Source of the DNA: Naegleria gruberi
Taxonomy: Eukaryota
Strand: one strand, 5' to 3'
Assembly (NCBI GenBank): GCA_000004985.1
Contig: GG738892.1
Length of the DNA: 64,000 nucleotides
The notes below the pieces were generated by a model. That model searched no databases. It had not been told where the DNA came from and saw only the letters and a program-made list of their open reading frames with translations. The translations under genes were made by a program, and so were the position numbers. Position 1 is the first letter of the stretch, and every line of letters starts with the position of its first letter. Shown in pieces: positions 42,649 to 53,130 of this stretch.

Positions 42649-44201
42649 TTATCTGTTTGACAGGATTTCATCAAGTGATTTCATCAATTTCCCATGAACG
42701 ACCGACACGAGTGAAAATCGAGAATTTAATAAATTGAGAGCATTTTGATTTCTTTGCAGAATTTCATAATAATCAATTGGTTGAAGAATGCCTAGCTCTC
42801 CAAAACTTATTTGATTGTTCATTCTCGATCCATTCTTGATGCCTTTCACAACTTGTAAATTGACACGTGTTGCCATTACTATAAATGGAATTGAGAATAA
42901 ACTACAATGATTGAATGAATCAGTTTCACATAGATAGGTTATTCTGAGACTGCATTCTTCTATCAGATCGGTTCTACTGAGAGAGGAGACGTAAACTCCC
43001 AATTTTAAACCTTCAATTAATAAGGTTTGAGTGAATTCGAAACTATTCGAAGGGGAATCTTCACTATTGGAATCTGTATTTCTTGATAGAATGGTCGAAA
43101 TACATAACTTTACAATTTCAGATCCAGTATTGATAATTTCATTACAATTTTCTTTCGTAATTTTTTGTTGTAATAATGTCACCAATTGACTTGATAGTGT
43201 AATTCCACAAATAAACTCAAATACGGAAGGTAATCGACTTGCAAAGTTTAATGCATCCATTTCTCCAAATGAAAATTGTTCCAAAAACGAAATTGTCCTT
43301 TTCAATCGTGATTGGTTGACTAGATTTCCAAATTTACAACAATGTAAATGAAAATTCGACAATTCCATATTTCCTCTTCCAATTTCAAAGAGTCCTAGAT
43401 TGAGATGTGTATAAGAAACTAGAATAAAGCTTGGATTGAAGCTTTTTGAGAGGAAATTTCTAGATTTCATTGCACATTCCTCTGAAAGATTCGATTTTCC
43501 ACATGATTGATTACACAGAGCTTGTATACTCCAATATAATGCATTTCTCTCCAACATGAAACTTTCTCTCTCGCATTTCGTTTCGTATATTTCAATATAT
43601 TTTTCCAATAAATCTCTGTTGAAGCATGTTTTCATGCTTTCATTCACATCTTTGGTAATATAGAAATTAAATGGGAGAGGCATTGAAAAAGTCCATGGCA
43701 GGTAATATGCAATGCTCGCTTTGTTATTGTTGGAATGAGTTTCTTCCAAATTGACACTCACATGTTTGTTATTGGGTGAAGATGAATCAGATAGTGTCAA
43801 TTCCCTCTTTCTCTTTGTTGAGGATCCTGTTGGTGAGATTTGATTCGCCTTCCTTGATTCTCTATTTTTATAGATGCATTCCACTCCTCGAGATGTACAT
43901 CTTTCACATGAGGGTTTTGTTTTTGCTGTTTTTGAAATAATTTGTTAACATAAATATTTGTCTAAATCAATTGGTGTGAGCTCAAATACTTACAACAAAA
44001 TTTATGCATTCGTCTACATCTTACACAAGAGATTGGATGAAAATGTTCTTGAGTGTCGCTGTTGTTGGAACTTTCAGATTCTTCTGTAATGTTGCTGCTG
44101 ATGGAGCTACTACATGTTATTGGAAAGTCTTCTTCCAACAATAAGTTATCATTTCCAGTCAAACTCAATACCAGAGAATCAATATTATCAAAGGGATTCA
44201 T
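42649..44201 (-). CDS. Zn(II)2Cys6 (GAL4-type) fungal transcription factor; join(44201..43994, 43925..42649), 68-nt intron 43926..43993 (GTAAGT..AACAG)
   Basis: Spliced product contains CVRCRRMHKFC-S-KTKPS-CERCTSRGVEC, i.e. C-x2-C-x6-C-x7-C-x2-C-x6-C. The intron falls between the third and fourth Cys. Downstream ~400 aa resemble the fungal-specific TF middle homology region. Confidence 0.75.
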
Positions 44202-44544
44202 CTTGTTTTTTCCTCGAGGAATTTGAATTATTCGAAAGTGTTGGAAAATAATAAACTAGAGAGGTCATTGAAACTATTCCTTGTTCTTTTTAGTGCTACA
44301 ATGCAAGATATGAGACCCAATATGGAGAAGCCAACAATTCCTTCTCATTCTTATTTAACAATTTGTCAATTATTATCCTAAACAGTTTCTAACATAAATT
44401 TTCGAGTAACAGTATATGTAAACCATGTACTCGACATTGATATTTCATTCTTTCTAATAAGGTGTTAAATGTGCTTCTGTAAATGGAACCGGAATTGGAA
44501 CAATTAAATGAGCTCCAATAACAAAAATTAACAAACAAAACATC

Positions 44545-44616
44545 CTCCCATGCCGGGAATTGAACCCGGACCTCCTGGGTGAAAGCCAGGTATCCTAGCC
44601 ATTGGACTACACGGGA
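44545..44616 (-). tRNA. tRNA-Glu (anticodon UUC)
   Basis: Reverse complement TCCCGTGTAGTCCAATGGCTAGGATACCTGGCTTTCACCCAGGAGGTCCGGGTTCAATTCCCGGCATGGGA(G) folds as cloverleaf: acceptor TCCCGTG/CATGGGA, anticodon stem CCTGG/CCAGG with loop CTTTCAC; 72 nt; T-rich flank downstream on the coding strand. Confidence 0.9.
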
Positions 44617-44703
44617 TTTACATTCATGTTTCCTTAATGCTCTAGTCCAGTAAGATAAGGTAATTAATTTAAAAGGTGAACTTGTTTTGCATAATAATAA
44701 AAA

Positions 44704-45684
44704 ATGAAAAGAAACAAGACAATCACAACGGCGTCAACATTGTCATCACATTGGTACGAAACATGCGGAGAAGCCTTTTTTACACAACTACTCGTACCAT
44801 TCCTCAGCAACCCATCCCGAGAATTAAAATCACTCTCCCTAACGTGTCGATTTATTTATCAAATTTATGCATCATCATCGAGTGGAAATGATTTGTGGAT
44901 GAATTTCCTATTGAACAAGTATCATGACTTGAATAGGGAAATATTGAAAAATAACGATGGAAAATTAATGATGTATTATTATCAATTAGTTTATTTTGAA
45001 AATCATTTGGATCAGATTCTGCCAGAATATTTAATACCAACATTATCTTATGGAAGAGATTTAAAGAATGATGATGTTAGACCTCGTTTTATTTGTTCAT
45101 CTTCTAATGGATATTATTATTCTATGGGATTTATTAACATGTTGATTAATTCGGAATTTGATTTGGAATATGATCCATGCCTTGAGGATAATTATACATT
45201 TAATTTGGAAATGGAAAATGCAAAGAAATGTATTTCATTATATCCCATTTCATTATTGGAGGAATATTCACCACTCTATCAAGGTTATATCGATATGAGT
45301 GATGGAATGATTTTTACACTTGTTATCAAGAATGATTTTAATAATATCGAATCAGTATTGGATCAATTTCATATATTTTACAAGCAAGTGCAATTGCAAA
45401 AAAGGTTAAACTCGTTTATATTTACCATTGCAATTACTTACAAGGATTTTATGGAAGATTCTTTTAAGAAAATGGTCGAAGAGGAATTGAGAATGCACAT
45501 TTCACATTATAACATTGTAAATTATGTAATTATGGAATGTAATCCAAGGAAGAGAGATCAAGTTTTAAGAATAACCATCGAGTCTGTGAAGAGATTTAAA
45601 TTTATTGATACCAAACTATTCTTGAAATATCTTCAAATTAAATCGGAAGAGGAGAAGAATAAGAAGAATTGTTCAATAATGTGA
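44704..45684 (+). CDS. hypothetical protein with F-box-like N-terminal segment (..LKSLSLTCRFIYQIYA..)
   Basis: 326-aa ORF with ATG start; no catalytic motifs. Confidence 0.35.
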   Translation: MKRNKTITTASTLSSHWYETCGEAFFTQLLVPFLSNPSRELKSLSLTCRFIYQIYASSSSGNDLWMNFLLNKYHDLNREILKNNDGKLMMYYYQLVYFENHLDQILPEYLIPTLSYGRDLKNDDVRPRFICSSSNGYYYSMGFINMLINSEFDLEYDPCLEDNYTFNLEMENAKKCISLYPISLLEEYSPLYQGYIDMSDGMIFTLVIKNDFNNIESVLDQFHIFYKQVQLQKRLNSFIFTIAITYKDFMEDSFKKMVEEELRMHISHYNIVNYVIMECNPRKRDQVLRITIESVKRFKFIDTKLFLKYLQIKSEEEKNKKNCSIM

Positions 45685-45937
45685 ATATTTGAACAGTCAG
45701 TGTAAATTCATCAAATTCAAACTTGATACAGACATCAAATGGCCAATATGGAGAAATCTCACAAGTAATCATATAATTCAATACAAGGAAAGGCAATGCT
45801 CTCACTACAAGTCTCTTAAACACTTCATATACTTTTGCAAAGTTACAGAGATTATTTCAACAAAAAAGTTTTTTTTGAAGATCCCTTTCTGAGTTGTAAA
45901 CTGTTTGGTAAACTTGAGTTGCATTTATGGAAATTTT

Positions 45938-47202
45938 TTATTCCAAGTCACCTCTAATCTTTAAAATAATCTTTCCACTATTCTTATTTTGTTCCATATG
46001 TTCATGAGCTTGAATAACTTGATCCATATCAAAGACTGTATCAACATTGGCAACTAGTTTTTTAGTTTCAAAAGCATCCTTAATGTAATCTTTCAATTCT
46101 TGAACAAGTTGTTGCTTATAGAGAGGAGATCTATTTCTCAAAGTACTATATTGAATACGAATTCTCTTTCTCAACATTAATCCTAAATCAATAGTAGCGC
46201 TGGTTCCTCCCATTGATGCAATTCCAATAATAGTGGCATCTAATCTGGCAATTTGTACATCTTGTTCCAAATAGGTATTTCCACCAATTGGATCTAGAAT
46301 ATAATCAATGAGTGGTGTAACACCACTTTCAGAATCATTGGTCAAGATTTTTGAAAGTTTTTCACTCCACTTTGGATTTTCCTTATAATTTACATAATGA
46401 GTAGCTCCATATTGTTTACAAAATTCACCCTTCTCATCACTTCCACAAGTAACACAAATGTTCTTACACAATCCACTCAATTTACACAATTGAATCAATG
46501 CCAATCCAACACCACTTGCACCACCATGAATCAAAACATTGAGATTTCCCTCAACTTTTTCATGTAATCTTCCAATTTTGAAGAAACATTGAAATGCAGT
46601 CAGGAAAGCTTCTGGAATTGCAGCAGCTTCCTTCAATGAAATTCCATTACAATGAAACATTTGACTTGTAGTAGCAATAACATATTCAGAATATGCACCT
46701 CCTTCAACAAGACAATAAACGTAATCTCCAACTTTGAATTGACCATCAGTGGATGTTTCTTGTCCATTGGAAAACTTTTCAATAATACCCGAAACTTCTA
46801 ATCCAATAATTGGACTACTACCAGGTGGTGGTGGATACATTCCATTTCTTTGTACAATATCTAGATACACATTAAATACATTAAATAATTATTAAATATT
46901 GTGATTAATACATTAATTAATAATCGGAATACAACATCATCAATCAAACATTAGCCATTAATATATATTGATAAATATTACAATCATTTAATATATTTAA
47001 TATATTTAATAAAAAACATACCAGCACGATTCAAAGCAGCATAATAAACTTTAATCAAGGCTTGAGTATTACCAACTGCTGATTGTTGTTGTGATGGTGG
47101 TGGGGCAGAAAATTCAGGAATTGGATATTCATTATCAATGTATAAATCTTTGGCTGATTTGGTGATTGGTTGACGAACTTGAACAACTCGTTGATGACTC
47201 AT
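45938..47202 (-). CDS. zinc-type alcohol dehydrogenase-like / NADPH:quinone oxidoreductase (MDR superfamily); join(47202..47022, 46860..45938), 161-nt intron 46861..47021 (GTATGT..TCTAG)
   Basis: Exon 1 ..ALIKVYYAALNRAG; phase-1 splice gives -D-IVQRNGMYPPPPGSSPIIGLEVSG.., a GroES-like fold then Rossmann motif LIHGGASGVGLALIQL. Exon boundaries checked against ORF-track codon positions. Confidence 0.8.
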
Positions 47203-47683
47203 TTTTTTTAAATATACTTTACAATATTAAATACTATTGAATGTATAATACTTCTTTTAATTAAGTTCAATACTTGTCGAAATTTTTTCGATTTTGTCTT
47301 TGTTGAGTGATTATCTGGCTATTCCTTCTCAAGTTTCTGATAGCTCTGATTTTTCATCAGCTCCTTCAGATCCAATGTTAACCTTTGATGATGAAAATTC
47401 CATAATGTCATCTGTTAGTGCCTCTGAGAATGATCCATTACTTATCGACCAAACCTCAATATTCTCTGTCATTAGAGAAGAAGCTAGTAACAACTCTCAA
47501 GCAACTCCTCAAAAGAGATAATCTTGGTGTCGAGGTTTATCTTCAATTTTTAAAGTTTGCCTTAATTAAAATTTGTAAAGTTTTATTTAGAATCATTTTA
47601 AAGATGCCTTGGTGAAATTTGGGTGAAAGCAAGCTATTACTGTCCCAATCAGTCGTGTTAACAATTTTTTAATATTTCCCGAA

Positions 47684-47764
47684 GGTGTGTTGACCGAGTG
47701 GTTATGGTGCTGGCTTCAGGTGCCAGTGGGTAAAACCGCGTGGGTTCAAATCCCACACACATCA
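47684..47764 (+). tRNA. tRNA-Leu (anticodon CAG), type II with long variable arm
   Basis: GGTGTGT-TG-ACC-GAGTGGTTAT-GGT-G-CTGGC-TTCAGGT-GCCAG-[13-nt variable arm]-GTGGG-TTCAAAT-CCCAC-ACACATC-A. Discriminator A73 and U33 indicate Leu rather than Ser identity. An oligo-T tract follows. Confidence 0.85.
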
Positions 47765-47770
47765 GTTCAA

Positions 47771-47781
47771 ATTTTTTTTTC
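47771..47781 (+). terminator. oligo(T) RNA polymerase III terminator after tRNA-Leu
   Basis: Run of 9 T beginning 7 nt after the tRNA 3' end. Confidence 0.5.
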
Positions 47782-47804
47782 TTAGGGGAAATAATTCTAA
47801 AAAA

Positions 47805-48412
47805 ATGAAAGAACCCAAACTTAATGAATACATTACCGTTCCGTTGGTTTTTATTTGCTGTTCTTCCTCTTCAGAATCATCATCACCATTAAATTATTAT
47901 TTTCTTGAAAAGGAATTTAATGGAAAGAGAAATGATCATGTTTCGTATGCTATTTGTTTGAGAAAGAGATTATATTTTTGGGAAGATGAATTTGATCAGG
48001 GAATGATAATTAATATGAAAGTGCAATTGATAAAACTATTAACCATCCAGCAGCATGATTATGGAAAATTTGAAAAGTTTAATTTTGAGGAATTAACATT
48101 GAAATGAAATTTGAAAGAGTTGATTTCAAATTTAGTAAGCCAATGTTTAATGAACATTCCAGCACTAATGGTGGAGCCAGGAAGGAAATTGATTATTATT
48201 GTGGAGTTAGGGCATTTAGAATTACAATTGAATTGGATCAGATGGATATTAGCAAGTCAATTGTGAAAAGTCGTGAAATTAACTCTATATTTGAAATTGA
48301 ATACAATCCATTTTGTGATATGAATCACGTTGTGGATGAACCATTTCTACAACATGACATGTGCATGAATTTAATTGTAGACGCTGATGTGAGAATTCGA
48401 AACAAAGATTAA
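47805..48412 (+). CDS. hypothetical protein, represented by two abutting ORFs in different frames (47805..48107 and 48104..48412)
   Basis: ORFs of 100 and 102 aa overlap by 4 nt (..ttg aaa tga / atg aaa ..) with no intron possible; either a frameshifted single gene or two tiny genes; no known domains. Confidence 0.25.
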
Positions 48413-48438
48413 TTGGAAATCCTGTTAAAATTCCTCCA

Positions 48439-49209
48439 ATGCCATTCGATTCCTTACTTCTCCATGCAACAATTCTCTCAAGATTGGATGAATCCAACGA
48501 AAAAGTTCTAATGATTCACTATCGTGATACTGCTAAAAAGTATCGTCATCTTGTGAGAAGAATTTCATTCGAAGATAATAATGGGAAACTTGTTGGAAAA
48601 TTGGGAAAGTGTGAATTGCTTAATTATTTCAAACATTTCAATGAAAAAGTGAGAATTATTTCACATTGTAGAGTCAGTGAAACATGCTACCTTTACAAAA
48701 TTGTTTCAAATCATGATTGTGATACACAATTACATTTCAAATCGGTTAAAGAATTTTCAAAGCATACTCAATGGATCTTAATTGATCTGGAAAGCCGTAT
48801 TGTTAGTGAAATTGAACCATATTATGCTAAACTCCTTCCTTCAAGTATTCCAAATGAGTCAATTGCAATTGATGAGGATGGATTCATCCAAAAACCAAAA
48901 CGAAAAAAGTATTTCGCCATTAGAAATAGAAAGGAGCAACACATTTCGACTGTGGGTTTTTGTGACTTTGCAAGAATCAGTCTTTCCTCCTTTACTCCAT
49001 TCCCCTATTCCTCTTCGAATTCATCACTGGTTAATGTACTTTGTACTGTGATGGTTACTGAGACGACAACTCGTCACAAGAAATTCACGAATGAGAATTC
49101 TGTTGTTTTCATTAATTATCAATTCAAACTTTTGAAAGGAGGATGGAAGGATTTGTTTGAAAAAACAAAAGACAGATCGCTTGTGGATATTGAAATTAGA
49201 TTTAGATAA
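48439..49209 (+). CDS. hypothetical protein (256 aa)
   Basis: ATG-initiated ORF on the same strand directly after the previous one; may be a further exon or domain of the same locus; no recognisable motif. Confidence 0.3.
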   Translation: MPFDSLLLHATILSRLDESNEKVLMIHYRDTAKKYRHLVRRISFEDNNGKLVGKLGKCELLNYFKHFNEKVRIISHCRVSETCYLYKIVSNHDCDTQLHFKSVKEFSKHTQWILIDLESRIVSEIEPYYAKLLPSSIPNESIAIDEDGFIQKPKRKKYFAIRNRKEQHISTVGFCDFARISLSSFTPFPYSSSNSSLVNVLCTVMVTETTTRHKKFTNENSVVFINYQFKLLKGGWKDLFEKTKDRSLVDIEIRFR

Positions 49210-49309
49210 TCTTTGTCTACAACCATCCATCACTTTGATTTAAATGTCAAAATAGTTTACAACACAAAATTTCAAGTGATGAACTTTGTGTCAAGAACAA
49301 CCTAAAAAA

Positions 49310-50524
49310 ATGCATCAACAAGATAAATACACCACCCCTTCAACGTTGCTAGAGAAATCCAATGCTGTATTTTCGGATGATATTTGTTATGAAATATTGT
49401 CATTTCTTGACCATAATTTCAAATCTTCATCACTTTGGAATTATGCATCAATTTCAAAACAATTTATGAAAATAATTGGAGGACGATTGGAATTGAACAT
49501 GTACTATTCAGAAATGACTTCTCAAAAGATTGAGTTAATGAGGAGAAGTATCCTGTCTCAAAATGTTGTGAGTTTGAGAACTGAAAGAGTTTCGGATTTT
49601 CCAAAATTTTGCACAATTCTTAAAAGCATGAATCAATTGAGGAGAGTTGAAATTTGTGGTCATCACTTGAAAGGAGCAACAATTAAACCATTGACCATGT
49701 TGAAACAAGTTACAGATCTTGTACTAAATGAGAATGGAATTAGTGAACTGGGTGTGATTTACATTTCTGGAATGATTCAATTAAAATCTCTCGATATTAG
49801 GAATAATGAAATTAATGTTGAGAGTGCCAAATATATCACTCAACTGCGTAAACTACAATCTTTGAGTGTTTCAGTTCGTAACAATGAAGTTCTGACATTA
49901 ATAGGTGGAATGAAAAATTTGACTCGATTGAGGATTGATAGAAATAACATAGGACATGATGGAGCCAAAATAATCAGTAGAATGAAGCAATTGACCAGTC
50001 TGCATATTTCCAATAATTCACTGCTATCTGAAGGAGCAAAATTGATAAGTAGTATGAAGAAACTAACCGAATTGGTCATTACCAACAATAATATTGGAAT
50101 AATGGGAACCTTTTATATTAGTGAGCTGAAAGAATTAACCAAACTTTGTATTGGTTTTAATTGTATTGGAGATGAAGGAGCCAAACATATTAGTGGGTTG
50201 AAAAAGTTGGTTGACCTTAATGTCACTTGGAATGAGATTGGCCTTGCTGGTGCCAAGTCAATTGGAGAATTGAGAAATTTAACTCATCTTTCTGCGGGTG
50301 AGAATGATATTCCAGCAGAAGGAGCTAAAGCAATAAGTCAATTAAGGAATTTGACCTATCTTGATATTGTAGGCAATCCAATAGGTGATGAAGGAGGTTT
50401 AGCAATTAGTGAATTGACAAAATTGACTACACTCTTCATTGGCGTCTATTCCTTGAGTAATTGCTCAATTGACCAACTCAAGAAAATGAAGCAGTTAAGA
50501 GTATCAGATCTTCTTGATGATTAG
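49310..50524 (+). CDS. F-box-like / RNI-type leucine-rich-repeat protein (paralogue of 40729..42555)
   Basis: Track ORF starts on TTG at 49286, and the first ATG is at 49310. N-terminus ..SNAVFSDDICYEILSFLDHNF (the same F-box-like motif as the paralogue), then ~11 RNI-type LRRs (..LDIRNNEINVESAKYITQL.., ..LRIDRNNIGHDGAKIISRM..). Confidence 0.75.
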   Translation: MHQQDKYTTPSTLLEKSNAVFSDDICYEILSFLDHNFKSSSLWNYASISKQFMKIIGGRLELNMYYSEMTSQKIELMRRSILSQNVVSLRTERVSDFPKFCTILKSMNQLRRVEICGHHLKGATIKPLTMLKQVTDLVLNENGISELGVIYISGMIQLKSLDIRNNEINVESAKYITQLRKLQSLSVSVRNNEVLTLIGGMKNLTRLRIDRNNIGHDGAKIISRMKQLTSLHISNNSLLSEGAKLISSMKKLTELVITNNNIGIMGTFYISELKELTKLCIGFNCIGDEGAKHISGLKKLVDLNVTWNEIGLAGAKSIGELRNLTHLSAGENDIPAEGAKAISQLRNLTYLDIVGNPIGDEGGLAISELTKLTTLFIGVYSLSNCSIDQLKKMKQLRVSDLLDD

Positions 50525-50582
50525 TTTCATTGAGATTTCATTTGAATCGAATAATTATAATTTATTTAATTATTAAAAAAAA

Positions 50583-52229
50583 ATGAAAAGACAATATGAT
50601 ATGATTAATACTTGTTCTTCTGATCAAGATGAAGATGATGATTGTACAGAAACTTGTTCTTCCGAAGATGAACAATATGAACTTGCTTTAAAATATTTTA
50701 ATGGGACTAATGTTGAAACAAATTATTCTAAAGCTTTCGACTTGTTTTTGAAGAGTGCGGAACAGGGAAAGACAGAATCACAACATCAAATTGGCTATTT
50801 TTATCATTGTGGATTGGTGGTGGAGAAGGATTTATCTAAAGCAATGGAATGGTATCTGAAAGCTGCCGAAAAGGGATTTTCAGAATCACAATTTTCAATC
50901 GGAATTTTGTTTTATAAAGGAGTTGAAGTGGAGTATTCGAAAGCTATGGAATGGTTTTTGAAAGCAGCTGAAAATGGTCTTTCGAAAGCTCAGTGTAATC
51001 TTGCTGCTTTATATGAAAATGGATGGGGAGTTGAACAAGATTATTCGAAAGCTATGGAATGGTATTTAAAATCTGCTGAACAGGAAAATTCAATAGCTCA
51101 ATGTAATATTGGAAATATATTTGCAAATGGAAAGGGAGTTGACCAAGATTATTCTAAAGCATTCGAATGGTATCTGAAAGCTGCTAAAAATGGTGATTTA
51201 ACTGCTCAATCATTTGTTGCATCATCATTTGCAACTGGAAGAGGGGTCAAAAAAGATTATTCTAAAGCATTCGAATGGTATTCAAAAGCAGCTGAAAATG
51301 ATTATTCTCATTCAGTCTACAGTATTGTAAATGGAAAAGGAACAGACAGTGATGCAAAATTCAATCTAGCTTATTTATACGAAACTGGATCAGGTGTTCA
51401 AAAGAACATCCTGAAAGCATTCGAATGGTATATGAAAGCAGCTCAAGATGGTCATCTAAATGCACAATTTTCCATTGCAGGATTTTATAGAGATGGATTG
51501 GTAGTTCAACAAAATTTTTCAAAGGCAGTAGTATGGTATTTGATAGCTGCTGAAAATGGTCATATGGACGCACAGTTCAATGCTGGTTATGCTTTTGAAA
51601 ATGGTTTAGGAGTTCCACAAGATTATTCGAAAGCTATGGAATTATATTCTAAAGCTGCTGAACAGGGGAGTGCACGTGCTGAATGTAATATTGGAAATAT
51701 GTATTTGTATGGGAGAGGTGTTGAAATAGATTATTCGAAAGCTGAGGAACATTTATTGAAGGCCTCTGAAAGAGGTGATGCATTATCACAAGTTAATGTT
51801 GCATATTATTACATGAATGGAGTATTCGATAGAGATTACACCAAAGCATTCAAATACTTTCTTGAGGCTGCTAAAAATGGTGAGCTAACCGCCCAGAATA
51901 ATGTTGCAAAATTATTCGAATTGGGCCTAGGAACTGAGAAAAATTTGAAACAAGCTCTATTTTGGAATTCAAAAAAATTGAATGATAGTTGCAGTTTTCA
52001 ATTTATTGAGGATCCGTATGACCAATTTGCTTTAAAAACTTTCAGACCAGTAATAGACAGCGAGATGAGTTTAATTACAGATTCGAATGAGATGGTGATT
52101 ATTCGATTTGAAACTAGAGATTTTACAATCTTGAAAAACAAGGTGATCACAAGCAAATACTTGACAACAATGATGAATTCTAATTGGATTGGTTTCAATT
52201 CGAAAGGAGAATGGTCAACTTGTACTTGA
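50583..52229 (+). CDS. Sel1-repeat (SLR) protein, ~12 tandem Sel1 repeats
   Basis: Repeated 36-aa units of the form ..DYSKAMEWYLKAAEQG...AQ.NLG..YENG.GV.QD; the C-terminus leaves the repeats and begins a BTB-like segment that continues in another frame (see 52189..52650). Confidence 0.8.
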   Translation: MKRQYDMINTCSSDQDEDDDCTETCSSEDEQYELALKYFNGTNVETNYSKAFDLFLKSAEQGKTESQHQIGYFYHCGLVVEKDLSKAMEWYLKAAEKGFSESQFSIGILFYKGVEVEYSKAMEWFLKAAENGLSKAQCNLAALYENGWGVEQDYSKAMEWYLKSAEQENSIAQCNIGNIFANGKGVDQDYSKAFEWYLKAAKNGDLTAQSFVASSFATGRGVKKDYSKAFEWYSKAAENDYSHSVYSIVNGKGTDSDAKFNLAYLYETGSGVQKNILKAFEWYMKAAQDGHLNAQFSIAGFYRDGLVVQQNFSKAVVWYLIAAENGHMDAQFNAGYAFENGLGVPQDYSKAMELYSKAAEQGSARAECNIGNMYLYGRGVEIDYSKAEEHLLKASERGDALSQVNVAYYYMNGVFDRDYTKAFKYFLEAAKNGELTAQNNVAKLFELGLGTEKNLKQALFWNSKKLNDSCSFQFIEDPYDQFALKTFRPVIDSEMSLITDSNEMVIIRFETRDFTILKNKVITSKYLTTMMNSNWIGFNSKGEWSTCT

Positions 52230-52650
52230 TTTACAAACTATTGAACATGAAATATTTCAGAGAAATGTCAATCACATTGAAATATTTGAGAAATATGTTG
52301 AATACTTGACAAATGATACGATACCATCTAATTTTGATACTAAAATGGAATTAATTGAATTATCAAGATATTTACAGGACGATTCATGTATTTTTAAAAT
52401 TGTGAAATATTCTGACGTTTTGACAAGATTTTACATTTCATTTTATTTTGACAAAACGGAACAGCTTGACATTCCAATAGTTAGTTGTTATATAATGGAT
52501 ACTACATTCAACACGTGCGATATTTCACCTCATGCAATTGAGAAATTATTGACAGGACCTGATTTATCACCAATTGCCAAGAGGAAGATTTTAGATCTAG
52601 TTCCATTAAATAATTTGGGAACCAATTCGACAATATTCGAAGGTAAGTAA
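52189..52650 (+). CDS. BTB/POZ-like segment, probable C-terminal continuation of the Sel1 gene in a shifted frame
   Basis: ..MVIIRFETRDFTILKNKVITSKYLTTMMNSNW (end of the Sel1 ORF) and ..KENGQLVLDLQTIEHEIFQRNVNHIEIFEKYVEYLTND (this ORF) together resemble one BTB fold. The two frames overlap by ~40 nt with no room for an intron. Confidence 0.35.
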   Translation: MVSIRKENGQLVLDLQTIEHEIFQRNVNHIEIFEKYVEYLTNDTIPSNFDTKMELIELSRYLQDDSCIFKIVKYSDVLTRFYISFYFDKTEQLDIPIVSCYIMDTTFNTCDISPHAIEKLLTGPDLSPIAKRKILDLVPLNNLGTNSTIFEGK

Positions 52651-53049
52651 TCGAATCAAATTTAATTACCAACCAGCTCGATAGATAACAATACAATTCA
52701 CACAATTTTTTCACCAATTGAAGTTAAAAAGGAAATTAGAATTGATACGAAATCAATTATTCTAGAATTAGAAATCGAAGAAACTGGAATGATAATCAAA
52801 AGCGATGATTTGAGTAATTCCCAGATTTACATTCAATTAAATAATGATAATGATCACGTTGGGTTTTGGTTATTGGTCAATCCTGGAAAAACTATTTTGA
52901 AATTACCAAAATATGATTTTGACACAATTGATATGATTATTATTCCAACCGTAACTGCAATACTGGACCAAGAAAATTGAATCACATCTTGCAAGATAAC
53001 AAGCAAGTCTTGATAGAACCATTGAAATGGCAAATAAAAAAATTTGAAC

Positions 53050-53130
53050 TGATGTGTGTGGGATTTGAACCCACGCGGTTTTACCCACTGGCACCTGAAG
53101 CCAGCACCATAACCACTCGGTCAACACACC
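53050..53130 (-). tRNA. tRNA-Leu (anticodon CAG), second copy in inverted orientation
   Basis: Exact reverse complement of the 47684..47764 gene over all 81 nt; ~45 nt of 5' flank and the oligo-T 3' flank are also similar between copies. Confidence 0.85.

Noticed and set aside
47294-47615. Two short ORFs (75 and 65 aa) upstream of tRNA-Leu
   Set aside because: They lie in the 5' flank and UTR region of the QOR gene on the opposite strand, with no domain and low complexity
47684-47764. Possibility that the CAG-anticodon type II tRNA is a Ser-tRNA(CAG) (CTG-clade style reassignment)
   Set aside because: Discriminator base is A73 and position 33 is U, both Leu-type. Candida tRNA-Ser(CAG) has G33 and a G discriminator. 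The standard reading is therefore retained
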